A DNA stretch of 63,606 bases, filler included, from Stramenopiles sp. TOSAG23-6 (Eukaryota), in assembly GCA_900128565.1 (NCBI GenBank). It is 46 parts of 46 records of this genome, joined end to end, with 100 filler letters (N's around TTAATTAATTAA, not from the genome) between each part and the next. Parts side by side here need not be neighbours in the genome. Positions count along the whole stretch, not along the records: positions 25,064 to 26,350 come from LT639312.1; positions 26,451 to 27,736 come from LT639313.1; positions 27,837 to 29,121 come from LT639314.1; positions 29,222 to 30,505 come from LT639315.1; positions 30,606 to 31,888 come from LT639316.1; positions 31,989 to 33,271 come from LT639317.1; positions 33,372 to 34,654 come from LT639318.1; positions 34,755 to 36,037 come from LT639319.1; 38 more parts are not named here. One strand, 5' to 3'. This document shows positions 24,964 through 36,852 of this stretch, piece by piece; the first letter of the stretch is position 1, and every line of letters begins with the position of its first letter. Position numbers and translations under genes: made by a program. The notes under the pieces are model-generated. The model saw only the letters and a program-made list of their open reading frames with translations. It was not told where the DNA came from and made no database searches.

Positions 24964-26711
24964 NNNNNNNNNNNNNNNNNNNNNNNNNNNNNNNNNNNNN
25001 NNNNNNNTTAATTAATTAANNNNNNNNNNNNNNNNNNNNNNNNNNNNNNNNNNNNNNNNNNNNCATTGTGCAACCATCACAGGGTCGTCCCATCCAGGGT
25101 CAGCGAGAGCGCCGTGCATTTGTAGATTGGCAGTCTTTGGGCCCTTTCGGAGACGGAATCGTATATCAGACATGGGAGTTGCTAAATTTGTTATGCTATC
25201 TATGTTCGTTTCTTTCTGTGTATGCTGGGATTTAAAGGAATCCGTTTTTTTAGTATGTAACATAGAAAACAACAAAGAACAAAAAAGTGTCAAGATTTTG
25301 AAATGATAATATAGAGACAGAAGAAGAAGAACACCACAAGAAGAAAATAAATTAAAATACAACAACAACACAACAGCAAACAAAATCATCTTCTTTATAT
25401 TAATATTCCCATACTGTGCCTATATTAATATTATATTGAAAGAGAAGGTACGGGTCGTGCTGTTTTTTGCTTTCTATATTTATAACAGTCCAGGCTATTA
25501 TTAGACTAGGGGTAATAATAGAGACTACTACTACTTCGATTTAATATAGGACTAGCACGACATTACACACAGGTGGCCTTTATCTCGACAAAATTTACAC
25601 TAGTAACTACTAACTACTATTATATAACATCAACACAGCATCAAACGCATCATCTCTGCGCGGCGGGCATTCGGCATTCCTTTTTTAGCCGTCGTCGTCT
25701 AAATCTAAATAAAACGGACATGTATGTGATCATGTGTGATTATTTATTCCATTTATATACATAAAGATATAAGTGGAATAAGAGAGACTCTCTCTCGATG
25801 ATATATTCGTATAAAATATTATAATAATAAATTTTTTCGCGAAACACAAAAAACACAAAATTCTCGACGAGGAATAATAATAGTCCTCGCAGTATTAAAA
25901 TGCATGTATAATATATACACTCGTTTACGTATTTTCCACACACTATTTGACGCACCTCCTTTACCTCCTTTTGAACCACTGAAAATTTATTTTAACTGCA
26001 CCTGTATTATGTTCTTTCGGTGTTTTATTTTTTTATGTCCTGTTTAAACGCTTCCTCGTTCGCTTGATAAGAAAACTCATGACAGTAGTCGCACTATCAC
26101 GGGGAACCGAGCAGATAAGTTGTGGCCTGTAACCGGCCGGCATTTTTCCGGGCGGATGCCACTGTCCACTTTGGAGGTCGCATTCATAATGTTTTCGAAC
26201 AGTTTCTGTCGCTTTTCTATAAAGGCTTCCGTCTCGGCCTTTCTTCCACGCCACGGGGACGCGCCGGGGGATCTAATTGTACCCCGGGGCGACGTTCGCA
26301 GCTTTGCAATCGGGCAAGTTGCTCTGGGAGAAGTCTCGGGAGAGTTGACANNNNNNNNNNNNNNNNNNNNNNNNNNNNNNNNNNNNNNNNNNNNTTAATT
26401 AATTAANNNNNNNNNNNNNNNNNNNNNNNNNNNNNNNNNNNNNNNNNNNNTGGGAAGAATTTAAATTGAGAAATTCACCACGTCCACTATTACCTACGTA
26501 GTAATTGTACAAAACGAATGCATTATTTAATTGAAAAATAAAAGATGCATTACAACTCAAGTGTTCAAATTGTTTTATGGTATTTACTAATTACTATTCT
26601 ATTCTCGTTTTCTTGGGCTAAAAAAAAAAGCAAATGGTACGTTGAAATCCGTTAATTTGGTCAATGAAGTCAAGTCAACCTGTCGGTCGTCGATCATTTT
26701 AGAAAGTCAAA

Positions 26712-27530
26712 ATGTCGGCTCTTCTGATTAATTTATACATCTCAACAGCTCGCCCTAATGTTCTTGCTGCATTGCGCAAAGCGTGTTGCGGTTTCCAAGT
26801 TGCAGAACATAGTGACGCTTCATATGACCGTACTTCATTCCATATCGCAATATGTGCAACAGCAAAACCCAAGCCTGCCATTTCATTAGCTCAGAAAGCT
26901 ATATCCCTTCGATGTTGGGATCAAAACACTTCGTCACACCCGCACCCAGCTTTAGGATTAATCGATCATATTGTGGTACTTCCTATTGGAAATGCAACCA
27001 CAGAACAGGCGTCTACTGCCGCCATTTATATTGCGAATTCACTAGCTGGGGTAAATAACCTACCTGTTCTTACATATGGTTGGGCTGATGGACATCGTCG
27101 ACAACGCTTATCTGATTTGAGGCGAGCAACTCCTTACTTTAAAGGTGGTAAATTTCTTGCTGGCGATACTATTGATTCATCGTATGGACCAAATATATTA
27201 AAAGATGAAAATATTGGAGTTGTGTGTATAGGTAGCGTTCCATATCATACAAATATGAACGCTCAGATTTTGACAGATGATTTTTCCAAAGTTCGACGAA
27301 TTGCTAAAAGTGTACGTTCTCTTCAAGGAATTGAATCCTTGGCTTTAAAACATAATAATTTAGTAGAAGTGGCATGTAATATATTGATGCCAAATATAGT
27401 AAATTCGGATGTTTTAGAAATTTCTATAAGAGAATCTGCAAAAAAAGAAAGTGTTGAGGTAGGTAAAGTATATACAATTGGACCAACTCAAGAGGAAGTT
27501 CTTGATTTTGTAAAATCTATAAAAAGTTGA
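26712..27530 (+). CDS. Formiminotransferase N-terminal-domain protein
   Basis: NLYISTAR, D.SYDRTSF, HPALGLIDHI, PVLTYG, L..LRR, VEVACN motifs; complete, intronless. Confidence 0.8.
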   Translation: MSALLINLYISTARPNVLAALRKACCGFQVAEHSDASYDRTSFHIAICATAKPKPAISLAQKAISLRCWDQNTSSHPHPALGLIDHIVVLPIGNATTEQASTAAIYIANSLAGVNNLPVLTYGWADGHRRQRLSDLRRATPYFKGGKFLAGDTIDSSYGPNILKDENIGVVCIGSVPYHTNMNAQILTDDFSKVRRIAKSVRSLQGIESLALKHNNLVEVACNILMPNIVNSDVLEISIRESAKKESVEVGKVYTIGPTQEEVLDFVKSIKS

Positions 27531-27979
27531 TTGAAATTTGAAAATTTGAGGTTTTTTTTGCTTTACTGTTATAAGTATTAAAATGTTTATAAAACAGAAA
27601 TCAATTCATTCTAAATAATAGATGGTATGAAATTCATATTTATTTCTTTCAATTTCAATTGAGAGTATAATATAAAAATAATATTTCATCCATTTGTTTT
27701 TGTTTGTTTTTGTTTGACGTCTTTTTACACTAAAAANNNNNNNNNNNNNNNNNNNNNNNNNNNNNNNNNNNNNNNNNNNNTTAATTAATTAANNNNNNNN
27801 NNNNNNNNNNNNNNNNNNNNNNNNNNNNNNNNNNNNTTTTTTTTTCGTACGAAATTTCGTACCTAACAAATATTTTTAGATTTTTTTTGAATTTTTTTTT
27901 GAAATTTTTTTTTTCGTACGAAATTTTGTACCTAACAAATGTTTTTAGATTTTTTTTGAAATATTTTTACAAAATACTT

Positions 27980-28129
27980 TACAATTAACACGAATTCGAA
28001 AAATAGTTGAAGCAATGGTTTTAAGAAGAGAAAAAAAAAATGTACTTTCTAATATTTTGCCAAAAATTGAATTTTTAAGAATATTACCCATGTTACCGAA
28101 CCAAACGAATGTATATGAAACATGTATGT

Positions 28130-28175
<46 letters not shown>

Positions 28176-28219
28176 CGTAAAAATTTTTTTTTTTTTTTTT
28201 TTTTAAAAAATTTTTTTTT

Positions 28220-28251
<32 letters not shown>

Positions 28252-28289
28252 CTAAAAATTTTTTTTTTTTCATCTAAAAATTTTTTTTT

Positions 28290-28324
<35 letters not shown>

Positions 28325-29024
28325 CTAAAAATTTTTTTTTTTTTCATCATATATTTGTAATTTTTAAAATTTAAAATTTTTTTTTTTGAAATGTTTTTTA
28401 ACCTTTTGAAATGTTTTACATTGTACAAACAATGCATGTCTACTCAAATATTGCTGTGACACACAAACAAAAAAAAATGTATCAAAAACATCTACAAAAA
28501 ATAAAAAAGATGTAACAAAAAATCAAGCTCTACACCCTAACCCTAACCCTAATAACAAACAAACATCAATATTAAAAATGTCACAAAAAAACACAAAACA
28601 TATTTTTACAGTATTAAGAAAAGCCGCACAACATCCATTGTTATTACGTACTTTATATACAAATACTATAATACAAAAACTAGCACAATTTTTTTTGGGT
28701 ATGAAAATTTTTGGTACTCAAGCGACCTATTCAATGTATGTTTTATGTTTTTTCAATTTTTTATCTAAATATATATATTTTTTTCATACGAAATTTTGTA
28801 CCTAAGAAATTCTGATTTTTTTTTTTACTATTTTCCAAAAATATTTTTTTTCATACGAAATTTTTTACCTAAGAAATTCTGAATTTTTTTTTTACTATTT
28901 TCGAAAAATAAATGGTATTGGAAGAGTTATTATCGTATTCAGATTATAAATTACATGAATTATGTAGTGAATATAAAGATGAAAATAAATGGATTGGTGA
29001 TCAATGTTTGCCTATGGATCAAAT
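27980..29024 (+). CDS. SMARCAD1/Fun30-like SNF2 helicase, partial, multi-exon
   Basis: VLRREKKNVL..ILPK, LRKAAQHPLLLR, spliced LEELLSYSDYKLHELC. Confidence 0.8.
28736..28913 (+). other. GT-AT intron with duplicated 3' module
   Basis: tca at|GTATGTTTT…GAAAAATAAAT|g gta ttg gaa keeps the frame into SDYKLHELC. Confidence 0.78.
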
Positions 29025-29069
29025 GTATTTTTATTTTTTTCATTTTTTTTTTTTTTTTTTTTTTACATG

Positions 29070-29121
<52 letters not shown>

Positions 29122-29323
29122 NNNNNNNNNNNNNNNNNNNNNNNNNNNNNNNNNNNNNNNNNNNNTTAATTAATTAANNNNNNNNNNNNNNNNNNNNNNN
29201 NNNNNNNNNNNNNNNNNNNNNAAAAAAAAAAAAAAAATTTAAAACAAAAAAATTTTATAGGAAATTTTGTACCTAACAATTTTTTTTTTATAGTAAATTT
29301 TGAAATATTTTTCAAAAATACAT

Positions 29324-29669
29324 TTATGCTATTGCTTTAAATGCTGTACAAAATGTTATTTCTACTACTACTACTGAGTTGAATTACTTTGGTGATGAAA
29401 ATTTTAAAAATAGTGAAAATTTTAAAAATAGTGAAAACTTTAAAAATAGTGAAAATTTTAAAAATAGTGAAAATTCTAAAAATAGTGAAAATTCTAAAAA
29501 TAGTGAAAATTTTAAAAATAGTGAAACTGATGAAATAGAAAGAATGGAACAACAGTCCATTGAAATTGCTATTCAACAAGTTCAACATTTCATACAACAA
29601 AAACAAATAAGAAAATTAAAACATATTGCAAAATTAGCTGCTCTTGGTGCACTTCAAAATGCAACTTAT
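29324..29669 (+). CDS. Exon of an unknown protein with an 18-bp (NSENFK)n repeat
   Basis: Open frame between repeat-family intron ends; AATAGTGAAAATTTTAAA about 7 times. Confidence 0.55.
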
Positions 29670-29796
29670 GTATGTTTTTTTTTAAATTTTGAAATTCAAA
29701 TTTTTTTACTATGATTTTTTTTTTTGTTTTTTTATAAAAATTTTGTACCTAACAATTTTTTTTAGATTTTTCTTGAAATATTTTTCCAAAATACAT

Positions 29797-30409
29797 GGTA
29801 ATAATGCTCATATATATCATGAAGAATATTTTGTGTTGAGAAAACATCATATGCGCGATGATCCTCAAATACTTGTATTCACTATTCCAATATTTGAGCC
29901 TCTTCCGCCACAATATTTTGTGCGTGCAATTTCAGATAGATGGGTAGGGTGCCAAACGGTCATTCCAATGTCATTCAAACATCTGCTTTTACCTGAACGC
30001 CACCCTCCACACACTGAATTACTCAAATTAAGGCCTTTACCGGTGTCCGCACTAAAAAATCCTCAGTATGAAGCTTTATATAATCAAAAGTTTTTACATT
30101 GGAATCCTGTACAAACTCAATTTTATCATGTGGTTCATGTACGTTCTCATCATTAATTTCGAATTATTTTTGTTTCGTACGGAATTTTATACCTAACAAA
30201 AAATTAATTGAAATATTTTTCACAAAACATCATACCGATGAAAATGTTTTATTGGGCGCTCCAACAGGATCGGGGAAAACTGCAGCTGCTGAATTATCAA
30301 TCATGCGAATGTTTGATGCACACCCTGGACGAAAATGTGTGTATATTGGACCGTTGAAAGCTTTGGTTCGAGAACGTGTTGTAGACTGGAAAAAAAAATT
30401 TGGTCCAAT
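29797..30409 (+). CDS. ASCC3: ASCC3/Slh1 helicase, Sec63 domain and start of second helicase cassette
   Basis: LVFTIPIFEPLPPQYFVRAISDRW, LPERHPPHTELL, NPVQTQ…H|HTDENVLLGAPTGSGKT. Confidence 0.93.
30139..30230 (+). other. GT-AT intron
   Basis: gtt cat|GTACGTT…CACAAAACAT|cat acc gat matches ASCC3 spacing; the intron contains no AG. Confidence 0.92.
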
Positions 30410-30605
30410 GTATGTTTTTCTTTTTTTTTAATTTAAATTTAAATTTGAAATTGATTTTTTTTTTCGTACGAAATTTTGTACCTAACAAATTTTTTTAGAT
30501 TTTTTNNNNNNNNNNNNNNNNNNNNNNNNNNNNNNNNNNNNNNNNNNNNTTAATTAATTAANNNNNNNNNNNNNNNNNNNNNNNNNNNNNNNNNNNNNNN
30601 NNNNN

Positions 30606-31888
30606 ACATACCTTGCCATTCGCATCAACAAAAGTACATGACTTGCGACAACACATACCGTCATTCAAAAAATATGTTGTTAGCGGTTTGCATCCTTCAG
30701 GTACGACTAAAGGAGCCCGGCAATGACAACCACCTTTATATTCATTGCAACGATCAGTGGAGTCAAAGAAATAATCTTTTATTACCTCATAACATACTTC
30801 ACCCTTTTCTTTACAATCGGAATTGCTCTCACAAGCGACTACTTTTTTATGATTTACTGATGGAACCCGGCAATGACAACCGCCTTTATATTCATTGCAA
30901 CGATCGCTGGATTTAAAGAACAAATCTTTTCTTACCTCATAACACAGTTCATCTTTTTCTTTACAATCGGAATTGCTCTCACAAGGGATTACTTTCTTGT
31001 GTAGAGACGGACATTTTTCATCAGGACATTTATCATCTTGAGGTCCTTTGATTTTGTCACATTCTACTTGATTACACGCCATTTTTGTGCAACTAAGAAC
31101 TCCATCGACACAATCACATGTATTACAACTGTTANTACCGGTATCATTGCCTTTCCATCCATCCTTCACTTTTTCTCCACCAGTAAGTTGACATTCTTTT
31201 TTCTCCATTGGTCCACAAACCTTGCCATTCGTATCAACAAAATAACAGGGCTTAGGACAACATTTTCCAAATATGTCAGAGAAAACATCCTCAGGTTCAC
31301 AGCCTTCAGGCGGTGGAGGGCATTTGGCAACCGGACAGTCTTTATCTTCAGGTCCAGTTTGCTTATCACATTTGAATTCTTCTGGTTCAACGCATTTATC
31401 TGACTTGCTTTCATCAAATGTACATTTCATTTCCTCTCCATCTTTATATGCACAAGCTTTACCTCCGGCACTAGGTTTCACCTTCACGACATACTTTTTC
31501 ATACACTGCGCATCACATTCTGTAAATGAACCTTGACAATCTTCCGTTTTGGTTCCACAAGAAGGTCCTTCATGTCCTGTACCAGAACAGTCGCATTTAG
31601 GTGTGCCTAACGAACTTGCGACACAAACTCCCTTGTTAAGACATTGAACACTAGAGCAATCAACGCATAGATCTGACTTGCTTTCATCAAATGTACATTT
31701 CATTTCCTCTCCATCTTTATATGCACAAGCTTTACCTCCGGCACTAGGTTTCACCTTCACGACATACTTTTTCATACACTGCGCATCACATTCTGTAAAT
31801 GAACCTTGACAATCTTCCGTTTTGGTTCCACAAGAAGGTCCTTCATGTCCTGTACCAGAACAGTCGCATTTAGGTGTGCCTAACGAAC
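30606..31888 (-). CDS. Cys-rich extracellular protein (EGF-like, TSP1-like and pacifastin/VWC-like repeats), partial
   Basis: CLNKGVC…CDCSGTGHEGPSC, CNTCDCVDGVLSCTKMAC, duplicated modules. Confidence 0.75.
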
Positions 31889-32070
31889 NNNNNNNNNNNN
31901 NNNNNNNNNNNNNNNNNNNNNNNNNNNNNNNNTTAATTAATTAANNNNNNNNNNNNNNNNNNNNNNNNNNNNNNNNNNNNNNNNNNNNTTTTTTTTTTTT
32001 TTTTTATACGAAATTTTGTACCTAACAAAAAAAAATTTGAAAAAAAAAAAATATTTTTTTCACAGTACAT

Positions 32071-33140
32071 GAAATGTAGAATGGGTCCAAAAAAATTGTC
32101 CAATCACAAATATTCGTGCAAAAATGTTTTCAAAAAAATGGGGAATAGAAAAATTAGAACAAATGATGTATCTTTTTTTTTTTTTTTACAAAAAAATCAA
32201 TTTTTTTTTTTTTGGTTTTTATAGTAAATTTTGTACCTAACAATTTTTTTTTAGATTTTTTTTGAAATATTTTTTCATCATACATGACACGTGCTCAGAA
32301 TGCACGTTTAGTACAAGCTTTTAAGAAATGGGAAGAATTCGCTGAATTTGATCGATGTCAAGAAATGTATGTTTTTTTTCTGTCCAAAAAATTCCTTTTT
32401 TTTTTTTTTTTTTTTTGTTTTTTTTGTATGAAATTTTGTATGAAATTTCGTACCTAATACACCAAAATATACCAAAATATATATAGTACACAAAACATGG
32501 CTGAACGATATTTAAAATGGAAGGGTTCACGAACTGTTATATCAATGATATTAAATAAAGAACATGCCCATATATTATCTGCATTTAATAAATGGAATAA
32601 TACTATTGCACAAATGATTATTAATGAACGGGAAGATGCATGTAAGTTTTATTTTTTTTTTAATTTTTTAATTTTTTTTTTTTGAAAATTTTGTACCTAA
32701 CAATTTTTTTTTTATTTTTTTTTTGTATGAATTTTTTTTTTATAAAAATTTTGTACCTAACAATTTTTTTTTTGGTAAAAATTTTTGAAATATTTTTTCA
32801 AAATACATCCATTATAATACAAAAGGCTATTCGTGGTTTTATTTCAAAATGTAGAATAATTCAACTCAAACAAAATAATGCAATCATTGTTTTACAAAGA
32901 ATAGCAAGAGGACGACAAGGGCGTAAACAATATAAACGTAAAGTGTTTGAAAGAATTCGGTATGATGCAGCTGCACTCATTCAAAACACTTTTAGGAATT
33001 GGGATGCTCGAATGATGGCAAAGGTTGTGATGCAAAAATTAAGAGAAGAGAAAGCAATAGGGCGAATGCAAGCAGTGTATCGTGGTCATCGAGGGCGAGA
33101 AGAATATAGACGTAAGATAGAAGAACGTAATGAAAACAAT
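32071..33140 (+). CDS. IQ-motif / W-repeat protein, partial, four exons
   Basis: AFKKW, AFNKW, IQKAIRG, LQRIARG, MQAVYRG; exons join in frame across three GT-AT introns. Confidence 0.78.
32168..32285 (+). other. GT-AT intron
   Basis: atg at|GTATCTTTT…CATCATACAT|g aca. Confidence 0.72.
32367..32498 (+). other. GT-AT intron
   Basis: gaa at|GTATGTTTT…CACAAAACAT|g gct gaa, phase consistent. Confidence 0.78.
32642..32808 (+). other. GT-AT intron with duplicated branch module
   Basis: gca t|GTAAGTTTT…CAAAATACAT|cc att gives DAS-IIIQKAIRG (IQ motif). Confidence 0.85.
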
Positions 33141-33458
33141 GTATGTTTTATTTTATTTTATTTTTTTTTTTTCGGTAAAAAAAAAAAAAAAAAAAATCGT
33201 TTTTTTTTTTTTTTTTTTTTTTAATAGGGAAAAAAAAAATCGAATTTTTTTTTTTTTTTTTTTTTTATAGTNNNNNNNNNNNNNNNNNNNNNNNNNNNNN
33301 NNNNNNNNNNNNNNNTTAATTAATTAANNNNNNNNNNNNNNNNNNNNNNNNNNNNNNNNNNNNNNNNNNNNATTTTGGAAAAATATTTCAAAAAAAATCG
33401 TTAGGTACGAAATTTCGTACGAAAAATAAATTCTAAATTGAAAAAAAATAAAACATAT

Positions 33459-34389
33459 ATAAATATTGTTCGCAGACTTTATCACCCTTTGTAGCATACT
33501 CAAAGCTTCAGTAGGCTCATTTCTTTTACTTTGAATATTCGTCATCTTTTTTAATTTAGTAATTTTAGTAGTCGGCATATTTGGATATAACACAAAAATT
33601 GCTAGAGGGATGTATTTTGAAAAAAAATTTCACAAAAAAAATCGTTAGGTACAAAATTTCGTACGAAACAAAATCAAAATTGAAAACAAATAAAACAAAC
33701 ATTATAGCACCAAGTTCGCCTCCAAGCCAACTACCGCATACCATTCCAATACCATAAGACAATGATAATCGACCCATTACTTTTGCACGATTTATCGAAT
33801 GTGTCCAATATGTTACGGCGCACTGAGAACATAACATAATTGACATGAACACGCCAAATACTTGTGACATATAGAGCATCGGAATTTGAAATTTTTGAGG
33901 GACTATCGTTGCCATGAAAAGACCATAGTAACATAAGCTCGAACCACAATGTGCAATAATAAGAGCGAAACGGGTGCCCTTGTGATCTAAAATCATTCCA
34001 AATATAAAAGAACTAACAATCTGAGCTACGCCCATTAGAGACTTCATATAACCCAAAGATTGACGGTCAGCACCAAGCTCTTTAGTGAGAAAGGGTCGCA
34101 CAGGTTGACAGAGCCAGTAACAGAAAGCATATACTAGCGATATATGTGTCAAGAGAAGACCTTTGCGGCTCTCATCAGGAGCATTTGGCGGAACCCCAAA
34201 AATGCTTCCAACTCTGAAGTCGAAGAATATAATCAAGGTAACTATAGAGACAATTAGAAGTATCGTATAATCCATGCGATCCAGCATTAATGCTAAAGGC
34301 CCCAATGCTGATTTGGCAGCTGACACTACAACCTCACACGGTTCTATCAGTTTGTCTAAAATAATCCGAATTGTTTCCGAAGTCGACAT
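33459..34389 (-). CDS. MFS transporter (SLC22A18-like), 5' part; GT-AT intron at 33610-33700
   Basis: PFLTKELGAD, FGMILDHKGTR (motif A), RAKVMGRLSLSYGIGMVCGSWLGG. Confidence 0.85.
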
Positions 34390-34754
34390 CTTAGTTATTG
34401 TTTCTTTCTGATGTGTTCCCAACAAAAGCGAAAAAAAAACAATTCTCACATATATTATTTTGGCATTATTTTGACTATCAAATCTAAATCTGAAATCCTC
34501 GTCCGGAAAATATCCGAAATTGAGGAAATTGATTGGAGAGAGAGGGAGAGATCGAAAAATACCAGATCTCAGATCCGTCGGTTATTTATAGCTAATGTTA
34601 GAACACAGTTCCGTAAGACTACACGACGATATATCTTTCATCTTCGATCTTTCTNNNNNNNNNNNNNNNNNNNNNNNNNNNNNNNNNNNNNNNNNNNNTT
34701 AATTAATTAANNNNNNNNNNNNNNNNNNNNNNNNNNNNNNNNNNNNNNNNNNNN

Positions 34755-35460
34755 TATACTTTTCGGCTTGGAATGCTTCCTTTGGCATATTTTTCATGAG
34801 AGAAAATTTAGAGAGAGATTCCGAGAAAATCAAAGCTTTTGAGTCACTTCGCTTGTGGTGCAATTTGTGGACTCTCCGCTCTTTGTCTTCAATACCACGC
34901 AAGCACAATTTGGACAACGCATAAAGTATGAGCATGGTCGTCGTCAGAAATGGAGATATCGAGTAAAGAAATGATGAGCCGAGAATGAATTTGAAACTTA
35001 AAACCATTGTATATGGGATATTCCAGCTTATTGTATCACTTAGCGCTCTCACATCCATTGCTGAACGAATTGATGCTTCACCTCTACTNNNNNNNNNNNN
35101 NNNNNNNNNNNNNNNNNNNNNNNNNNNNNNNNNNNNNNNNNNNNNNNNNNNNNNNGTTTGCTCCGATTCATGATGATGGAAGAAAATATTCAACGTATCG
35201 AACAATTTTGATGCAATACTGAAAATCACAAAGATTACAATGCAGACTGTTTGAATATCTTTCGGTGTTGCATTTTTGCAGTCGGTGATGAGATACTTCA
35301 CAAACATATTGGTTTTCAATGTTTCAATTGCTTTTTGACTTTCTGACGATAGAGTTGAAATAGTTAAAATATGCCCCGCCATCATTTGAGATTGCAAATG
35401 AAACCACGAGCTGATGGCGAGTAACAGCGATATAAGTAGTAGCATAAAAAGACTCTGATT
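34755..35460 (-). CDS. ABC transporter (ABCB/TAP-like) transmembrane-domain fragment, gapped
   Basis: DVRALSDTISWNIP…FLYSISPFLT…SESLSKFSLMK pattern. Confidence 0.6.
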
Positions 35461-36137
35461 ATNNNNNNNNNNNNNNNNNNNNNNNNNNNNNNNNNNNNNN
35501 NNNNNNNNNNNNNNNNNNNNNNNNNNNNNNNNNNNNNNNNNNNNNNNNNNNNNNNNNNNNNNNNNNNNNNNNNNNNNNNNNNNNNNNNNNNNNNNNNNNN
35601 NNNNNNNNACGCGATTATTCACCACATCTATCAAAATCGCTCCTCGACCTTTCTTATTGGTGAACTCGTTTGCATGTCGCCATGATTCTTTTGCAGTACT
35701 CCAAGATTCAAAATGCTGCAACAGATAATCGTCATCTTTAAGTCCGCCTGTGACAATAACATACCAGTTATCCGTGCAATTTGCTGTAATACATTCTTTT
35801 TCAGTGCACTTGCGTTGTATTAGTTCTTTTAACACTATCGCTCCTCGACCTTTCTTATTGGTGAACTCGTTTGCATGTCGCCATGATTCTTTTGCAGTAC
35901 TCCAAGATTCAAAATGCTGCAACAGATAATCGTCATCTTTAAGTCCGCCTGTGACAATAACATACCAGTTATCCGTGCAATTTGCTGTAATACATTCTTT
36001 TTCAGTGCACTTGCGTTGTATTAGTTCTTTTAACACTNNNNNNNNNNNNNNNNNNNNNNNNNNNNNNNNNNNNNNNNNNNNTTAATTAATTAANNNNNNN
36101 NNNNNNNNNNNNNNNNNNNNNNNNNNNNNNNNNNNNN

Positions 36138-36719
36138 GGACCTATAAAGAACAAAGGATTTGTTCGATCAACTATTCGAATGGACCATGAACCTGAAGTA
36201 TGTAAAGATTTTAAAACATTTGGTTGGTGCGGATGGGGTGATACTTGTATATTCCTCCATGACCGCTCAGATTATAAAAGGGGTTGGCAAGTTGAACGTG
36301 ACTGGGATGTTGAACAAAATGAAAAAAGAAAACGATTATTAGGGAAATCTATAGATAAAAGTGGTAAAGGGGATGTAGGTGAAGATGACGGTGGTGGACT
36401 TCCATTTGCATGCTTGATATGTTGTGAACGTTTTACTAATCCTGTGATTACAAATTGTGGACACTATTTCTGCGAAGCTTGCGCAATCAAGAGGCATTTG
36501 ACAGATAAAACATGCAAAGCTTGTGGAAAGGACACAGGTGGTTTCTTTAACAAATGTAGTAAGATGGATGCAAAAATGCGTGAAACATATGATAAAACAA
36601 ATGTGGAAATTAAGAAAAAAACCTCCACTTCTAAACCAAACCGAGGGGGTTGGACAGTGGAAACTAAACCTAAACCTAACACTCCACCAGTGGATGACTC
36701 TATTGTACATGCTGTTTAA
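36138..36719 (+). CDS. CWC24: Splicing factor CWC24/RNF113A, C-terminal half (CCCH finger + RING)
   Basis: GPIR…CKDFK..GWCGWGDTCIFLHDRSDYKRGWQ; LPFACLIC…NPVITNCGHYFCEACA…C.ACGKDTGGFFN. Confidence 0.95.
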   Translation, partial: GPIKNKGFVRSTIRMDHEPEVCKDFKTFGWCGWGDTCIFLHDRSDYKRGWQVERDWDVEQNEKRKRLLGKSIDKSGKGDVGEDDGGGLPFACLICCERFTNPVITNCGHYFCEACAIKRHLTDKTCKACGKDTGGFFNKCSKMDAKMRETYDKTNVEIKKKTSTSKPNRGGWTVETKPKPNTPPVDDSIVHAV

Positions 36720-36852
36720 AGCATAATGTTTTAGATATTGTAATATAAAATCATTATATATATATAAGATGTGTACTCGAATATTTACTTATAAAGAGTA
36801 AAGTTTTTCTAGCTTCTAGTGAAATAGAGATAGCAACAGAAAAGTAAGGCTA

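Noticed and set aside
30137-30228. Standard U12 AT-AC introns
   Set aside because: No ATATCCTT donor; junctions without the AT repeat (57385, 57087) and AG-ending copies favour the GT…NN register.
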